Assembly (NCBI GenBank): GCA_045047305.1
Contig: JASFYO010000046.1
Coordinates: 1 to 10,876, forward strand
Reading direction: 5' to 3'
Length of the DNA: 10,876 nucleotides
DNA from: Planctomycetota bacterium
GTDB taxonomy: Bacteria; Planctomycetota; UBA1135
Part shown: positions 8,401 to 10,876 of the stretch, piece after piece
Numbering within the stretch: the first letter of the stretch is position 1
Layout: the number at the start of each line of letters is the position of its first letter
The notes under the pieces: model-generated
Told to the model about the DNA's origin: nothing
Seen by the model: the letters and a program-made list of their open reading frames with translations, nothing else
Databases searched by the model: none
Translations under genes and position numbers: made by a program

Positions 8401-9051
8401 CTCGCCTTCAGCGGCATCAACCCAAACAATGGTTTGGTTGGCAAGCTTGGCGATTCGGTTTTGCCTCTTTCGGATGTAGCAACGGGCGGTACTGGTGTAG
8501 TGACCTTCGATGGTTTCACTCTCACCATTCCTAATGCAGCAACTTTCTTCGATGCAAAGTTCTTGCGTCTTCCAACCCTGTTGATCGGCTATGACATCCT
8601 GCCAAGCAACATCGCGAACTCAAGCACCTTTGAAATCGTAAGCGCTACTTACAACAGTGGCACCGACGTCATGGTTCTCACTTCCGCAGTTAGCGATGGC
8701 CCTTTGCTCTTTGCTTTAGACGGTGGAAATCCAACCTGGTCGGTCCGTGAGAAGTTCTTCCGCGTCGATACCGTTGGCGCTAAAAACAGTCTTCCTGCAA
8801 GTACTTCGATTACCTTCGAGTTTCAGGGCGCTGATGAAGCAACTGGACTTGGTCTTGAGATCGGCAACGGCATTCCTGGAGATCCAATCGATGTTGGCGG
8901 CAAGGTGTGGCACACAGATTTGACCCTTCTCGATGGAGCTCGCTTCATTCGCTACCGCGTCACTTTCCAAGCGGATGCGCAAGGCAATGGAATCGACCTG
9001 TCCAGTCCACTGCCGGTGATTGATTACGTGAAGATCCCAATGCTTTGGTAA
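5482..9051 (+). CDS. Large surface lipoprotein (1189 aa) with two Ig-like (Big_5/SbsA-like) modules and an extended glycine-rich domain
   Basis: Signal peptide II MRKPLSIFLASAFLALISS-C. Ig-like motifs NRPIRIEFNHAVDPDSI (~5650) and DPVVSIRFNQAIDGRS (~6070). Repeated GGxGGG / GGGGGG runs alternate with short beta-strands over ~6850-8120. The C-terminus is RFIRYRVTF...PVIDYVKIPMLW. Confidence 0.88.
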   Translation: MRKPLSIFLASAFLALISSCGPGSNIQLDSNGDPFNAGGSFFAQGSNILDGMSWQINRPIRIEFNHAVDPDSINFGTIQLRSTDAAGSGNPVTGTFEIEAGSLGRAIVFRPTCPTNETNTNGAFIPGSVSYELVLPTRADSPTVLRDIDGRSLSSGLRRSFTTPPETQPAFLDLVQGPAVVSSVVFPKGLNFFANPDPVVSIRFNQAIDGRSANLNTKNLTLLYSDGEIGSGNENTFTSTNKVPGNVVLIENCTVAGALVEFRITGLLPVNRNLRLLMSNQFGDIIGQVNTSQLVVATHTTPTLASIYKDPTWVETDETVDEFRDDFDTSKNLALAEPIPFPLAQVGDGFIAASFDYPGNFVAADNNFFLATGVSSEIFTDSQSTITDSNNRQHTVQNGVMNVHDFTIQAGAVLRGRGANPLVIYATGAVDISGTLNASGNNATWPTSLNSPQFVEGGAGGECGGGRGGDASQIGNAETLRAMNGDGPFFITGGGGGGGEGGFNGNASTGGVLGLNNTVVAGGGGGGFAVTENVAVLWDQWPITTGWVPSGTDNAGPDHDIDPLSTEHIHSQMVASIGITPENPNGNGIFGSEDGIRGVNSATVSATVTSGPLGMEDALPEVVIDGFNAGTNHPLYDPAWNTGTVPPFQFGNPTAGPDPGLGGPSVFSNDLTGFNTRNDFWGTRLSLDGSVVSGELLTPWAGAGGGGSGDSMLIRVVAGATLLGSYPVVPFQKSATGNAQGWESYRKGAGGGGGGGQVLIMAIGMIHIGAGAKIQVNGGIGFSGESLIYSDNGISGSGGGAGGHLVLHSSTGLDLSAIDIGTASNAAQLGNLTAVDNIQAFGGRRGWAGPSYSRHSGSQGTKKDGNDTFAVGRGGAGANGVIQIHVPNPLTDILWHPNSRDGILDFINSSTGAGEEPTDFVEEMLNFYTAPKAYSLIPFFSSRSMVVSEWIDTGLAELRLGQPASYPKYGDSLLAFSGINPNNGLVGKLGDSVLPLSDVATGGTGVVTFDGFTLTIPNAATFFDAKFLRLPTLLIGYDILPSNIANSSTFEIVSATYNSGTDVMVLTSAVSDGPLLFALDGGNPTWSVREKFFRVDTVGAKNSLPASTSITFEFQGADEATGLGLEIGNGIPGDPIDVGGKVWHTDLTLLDGARFIRYRVTFQADAQGNGIDLSSPLPVIDYVKIPMLW

Positions 9052-9080
9052 TCGGAACGCGAAGGATTCTTTCCTTGCAT

Positions 9081-9114
9081 AAAGCCTCTGCGGTTTCGCA
9101 GGGGCTTTCTTTTT
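9081..9114 (+). terminator. Rho-independent terminator of the lipoprotein gene
   Basis: AAAGCCTCTGCG-GTTT-CGCAGGGGCTTT (12-bp stem with one G-U pair) followed by CTTTTT, about 30 nt after the stop codon. Confidence 0.88.
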
Positions 9115-9140
9115 CGGAACTATGTAGTTGTTGAAACACG
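9115..9140. repeat. Candidate terminal inverted repeat (right end) of the IS1595-family element
   Basis: (C)GGAACTATGTAG resembles ISNwi1-group (ggnnatTAT) and ISNha5-group (CGGnnTT) ends as I recall them. It fills the gap between the host terminator T-tract and the transposase stop at 9144. The partner copy is not visible. Confidence 0.55.
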
Positions 9141-9143
9141 GGA

Positions 9144-10097
9144 CTAGCTTACCTGCTGCTCGTAAGTCAACCGTTTTCCGACCGTGGCGTCTACCGCTGC
9201 ACTGGCTCGCTCGGCATCGTTCATCTTGCGAGTGTTGTAGCGGAAGGCAAACTCATCGAGGTAGCGGTGCAAGTGTTTCTTGCTGATGGAGTGGTAGGTT
9301 CCGTAAACGCCACGCTTGAGCAGAGAGAACACGCCTTCAATGGTGTTGGAGTGAACATCACCACGGGCGTATTCCCTGCGGCTGTGATTAACGGTTTCGT
9401 GACCGCCTGAGAATGCTTTGCCGATTGGCTTGTAAAGCACTAGCTCATCAGTAACCAACCGTGATTCTGAAAGGTCTACATGCTCTGTGATTGCACTACT
9501 GAGCGTCTTAGTGTTCACGCGCTCCATTACCTTCAATCGGGCTTTGCCATCACGCTCCACTACCCCAAAGACAGGAGTTTTCTTGGTGCCACGACCACGC
9601 TTGCTAACGCCTTTGAATCGTGGTTTGCCACCGACGTAGGTTTCATCGGCTTCAACGGTGCCACTTAGTTTCTCACCTGGGCCGTTTTCGATGCCCATGG
9701 CATGACGAATGCGGTGCATCAGGAACAAGGCAGTCTTGTAGCTGATTTCGCACTCTCGGCTGATTTGAAGGGCTGACACACCCTTCTTACTCGATGCTGC
9801 CTTCCAGATGGCGTAGCACCAGATGGTGAGCGGTAAGCGGGACTCTTCAAAGACGGTTCCCGTGCGAACGGTGTACATTTTCTTGCAGTCACGACATCTC
9901 CAGCGGTTGTCCTTGTTGCGTTCTCCCGTGGTCTTGTCCTTCATGGTGTAAACAGCAACGGAACCACACTTTGGGCAATACTCGTTTGCGCCCCAGCGGC
10001 GCTCTTCCAAGAACTCAACAGCCTTGGCTTCATCCATGGTGGCTGCTTTCAGCTTTGCCAGGAGTGGGTTGGGCGGGGTTTTCTTGCCTTGTGTCAT
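9144..10097 (-). CDS. IS1595-family (ISXO2-like) DDE transposase, apparently intact, 317 aa
   Basis: N-terminal zinc ribbon CPKC...WRCRDC, HTH region KKGVSALQISRECEISYKTA, and catalytic motifs VEADETYVGG, LVTDE, HETVNHS..EY..G..HSNTIEGVFSLLKR and YLDEFAFRYN. Confidence 0.96.
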   Translation of the reverse strand: MTQGKKTPPNPLLAKLKAATMDEAKAVEFLEERRWGANEYCPKCGSVAVYTMKDKTTGERNKDNRWRCRDCKKMYTVRTGTVFEESRLPLTIWCYAIWKAASSKKGVSALQISRECEISYKTALFLMHRIRHAMGIENGPGEKLSGTVEADETYVGGKPRFKGVSKRGRGTKKTPVFGVVERDGKARLKVMERVNTKTLSSAITEHVDLSESRLVTDELVLYKPIGKAFSGGHETVNHSRREYARGDVHSNTIEGVFSLLKRGVYGTYHSISKKHLHRYLDEFAFRYNTRKMNDAERASAAVDATVGKRLTYEQQVS

Positions 10098-10103
10098 GGG
10101 AGT

Positions 10104-10131
10104 AGTATATCATTAGTGGAACCTGACGCAA
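10104..10131 (-). promoter_or_regulatory. Sigma70-type promoter for a leaderless transposase mRNA
   Basis: The minus strand reads TTGCGT (10131-10126), N16, then extended -10 TGa-TATACT (10109-10104), 6 nt before ATG 10097. No Shine-Dalgarno. Confidence 0.6.
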
Positions 10132-10183
10132 GGCTTGTGCGACAGAAAACGACAAAAAATATACATCTTTTTGACGAATAGGC

Positions 10184-10212
10184 TTGACCTGTCGCTTTTT
10201 GAAGGGTAATTT
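10184..10212 (+). promoter_or_regulatory. Sigma70-type promoter for a leaderless mRNA of the 10219 ORF
   Basis: TTGACC (10184-10189), N17, TAATTT (10207-10212), N6, ATG 10219. Confidence 0.62.
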
Positions 10213-10218
10213 CCTCGC

Positions 10219-10876
10219 ATGCCTAAGAAGCCTACTCCAGATACACCCCAGCCAAAGGGGTCCAAGGTCACACAGCGTAGCCCCAACTACCCATCAGTAA
10301 GCTTGCCAAAGGCCGTAGAGAAGGTTGCCGCGCTGTTTGAGCAAGCCAATCGTTCGAGTATCCCCATTTCTGTTGCATGCCAGTACATGGGCGTGAGAAG
10401 CACAAGCAGTACGGGCGCTCGCCTCGTTTCAGCACTCCAGGACTTCGGCCTTGTCCGTACAGAAGGTCGCGGGAAAGACCGGATGCTGACCGTCACGGAG
10501 GCCGCACGCACGATTTTGAAGCATCCAGATCGTGAATCCATGGAATACCAGGTTGCACTAAGAGATGCCGCCCTCGGCCCCAAGATATACCAGAAATTCT
10601 GGGAGCGGTGGAAGGAGGATGGCTTACCCCCTGACGCGGCCTTGTCGTATGAATTACAGAAGCCAGAATGGGGCTTTACCGACTCAGCGGCAAGGTCTGT
10701 CATTGCTGGGTTTCGAGAGACTGTCGCATTTGCTGGCTTGACAACCACACCGTCCGAAGAGCATGATGTGGATGAGGATGAAGACCCACCTCCGGCTCCG
10801 GATGGTCTGCTGCAACATGACCAGGCAAACCCGGCACCGAACCTTCCGCCAAAACTACAGGTTCCTCTCATGCCTC
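10219..10876 (+). CDS. Hypothetical protein with predicted N-terminal winged-helix-like DNA-binding domain and acidic/Pro-rich linker, 3' end outside the window
   Basis: Manual translation, open to the edge (219 codons): MPKKPTPDTPQPKGSKVTQRSPNYPSVSLPKAVEKVAALFEQANRSSIPISVACQYMGVRSTSSTGARLVSALQDFGLVRTEGRGKDRMLTVTEAARTILKHPDRESMEYQVALRDAALGPKIYQKFWERWKEDGLPPDAALSYELQKPEWGFTDSAARSVIAGFRETVAFAGLTTTPSEEHDVDEDEDPPPAP... The SALxxFGLV...xT.A..IL segment is a typical wHTH recognition helix plus wing. A good promoter lies upstream. Confidence 0.82.
   Translation, partial: MPKKPTPDTPQPKGSKVTQRSPNYPSVSLPKAVEKVAALFEQANRSSIPISVACQYMGVRSTSSTGARLVSALQDFGLVRTEGRGKDRMLTVTEAARTILKHPDRESMEYQVALRDAALGPKIYQKFWERWKEDGLPPDAALSYELQKPEWGFTDSAARSVIAGFRETVAFAGLTTTPSEEHDVDEDEDPPPAPDGLLQHDQANPAPNLPPKLQVPLMP

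Larger units (their letters stand above)
9115..10876 (-). mobile_element. IS1595-family element, probably a passenger-carrying (transporter) IS extending beyond the window
   Basis: IS1595 transposase, plus a candidate terminal inverted repeat CGGAACTATGTAGTTGTTGAAAC just downstream of its stop codon. I found no complementary end (…CTACATAGTTCC) in 10098-10876, so the far boundary is inferred. Confidence 0.6.

Noticed and set aside
9062..9076. Small hairpin AAGGA-N5-TCCTT upstream of the terminator
   Set aside because: A 5-bp stem is expected by chance, and the adjacent strong terminator explains the region.
647..9668. Remaining short ORFs nested within the large genes
   Set aside because: All lie mostly or wholly inside well-supported CDSs in other frames or strands, with no motifs or initiation signals.
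10150..10170. ACAAAAAATATACATC as the missing left TIR of the IS
   Set aside because: It only loosely resembles the expected CAACAACTACATAGTTCCG and lacks the terminal AGTTCC, which is normally the most conserved part.
10287..10871. 194-aa minus-strand ORF from the track
   Set aside because: It is the antisense shadow of the plus-strand ORF from 10219, which has a promoter and protein-like motifs. The Ser-rich translation is uninformative.

Overview
This bacterial window of moderate GC is gene-dense; its protein styles suggest a planctomycete, possibly OM190-like (inference). From left to right it holds: the 5' part of a SMUG1-type uracil-DNA glycosylase (minus strand, missed by the ORF track) only 25 bp from a divergent class I SAM methyltransferase; an AmpC/PBP-fold serine hydrolase; an intrinsic terminator; and a ~994-aa secreted protein (minus) with predicted beta-propeller domains. 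That gene is divergent from a 1189-aa lipoprotein with Ig-like and polyglycine domains, which is preceded by a near-consensus sigma54 promoter and followed by a terminator. Directly after this terminator an IS1595-family element begins. Only one candidate IS end is visible, and a divergent winged-helix-like ORF (also missed by the ORF track) runs off the window, suggesting a cargo-carrying IS. Four genes have -10 hexamers 6-8 nt before the ATG and no Shine-Dalgarno, pointing to leaderless mRNAs, including one apparently bidirectional promoter.
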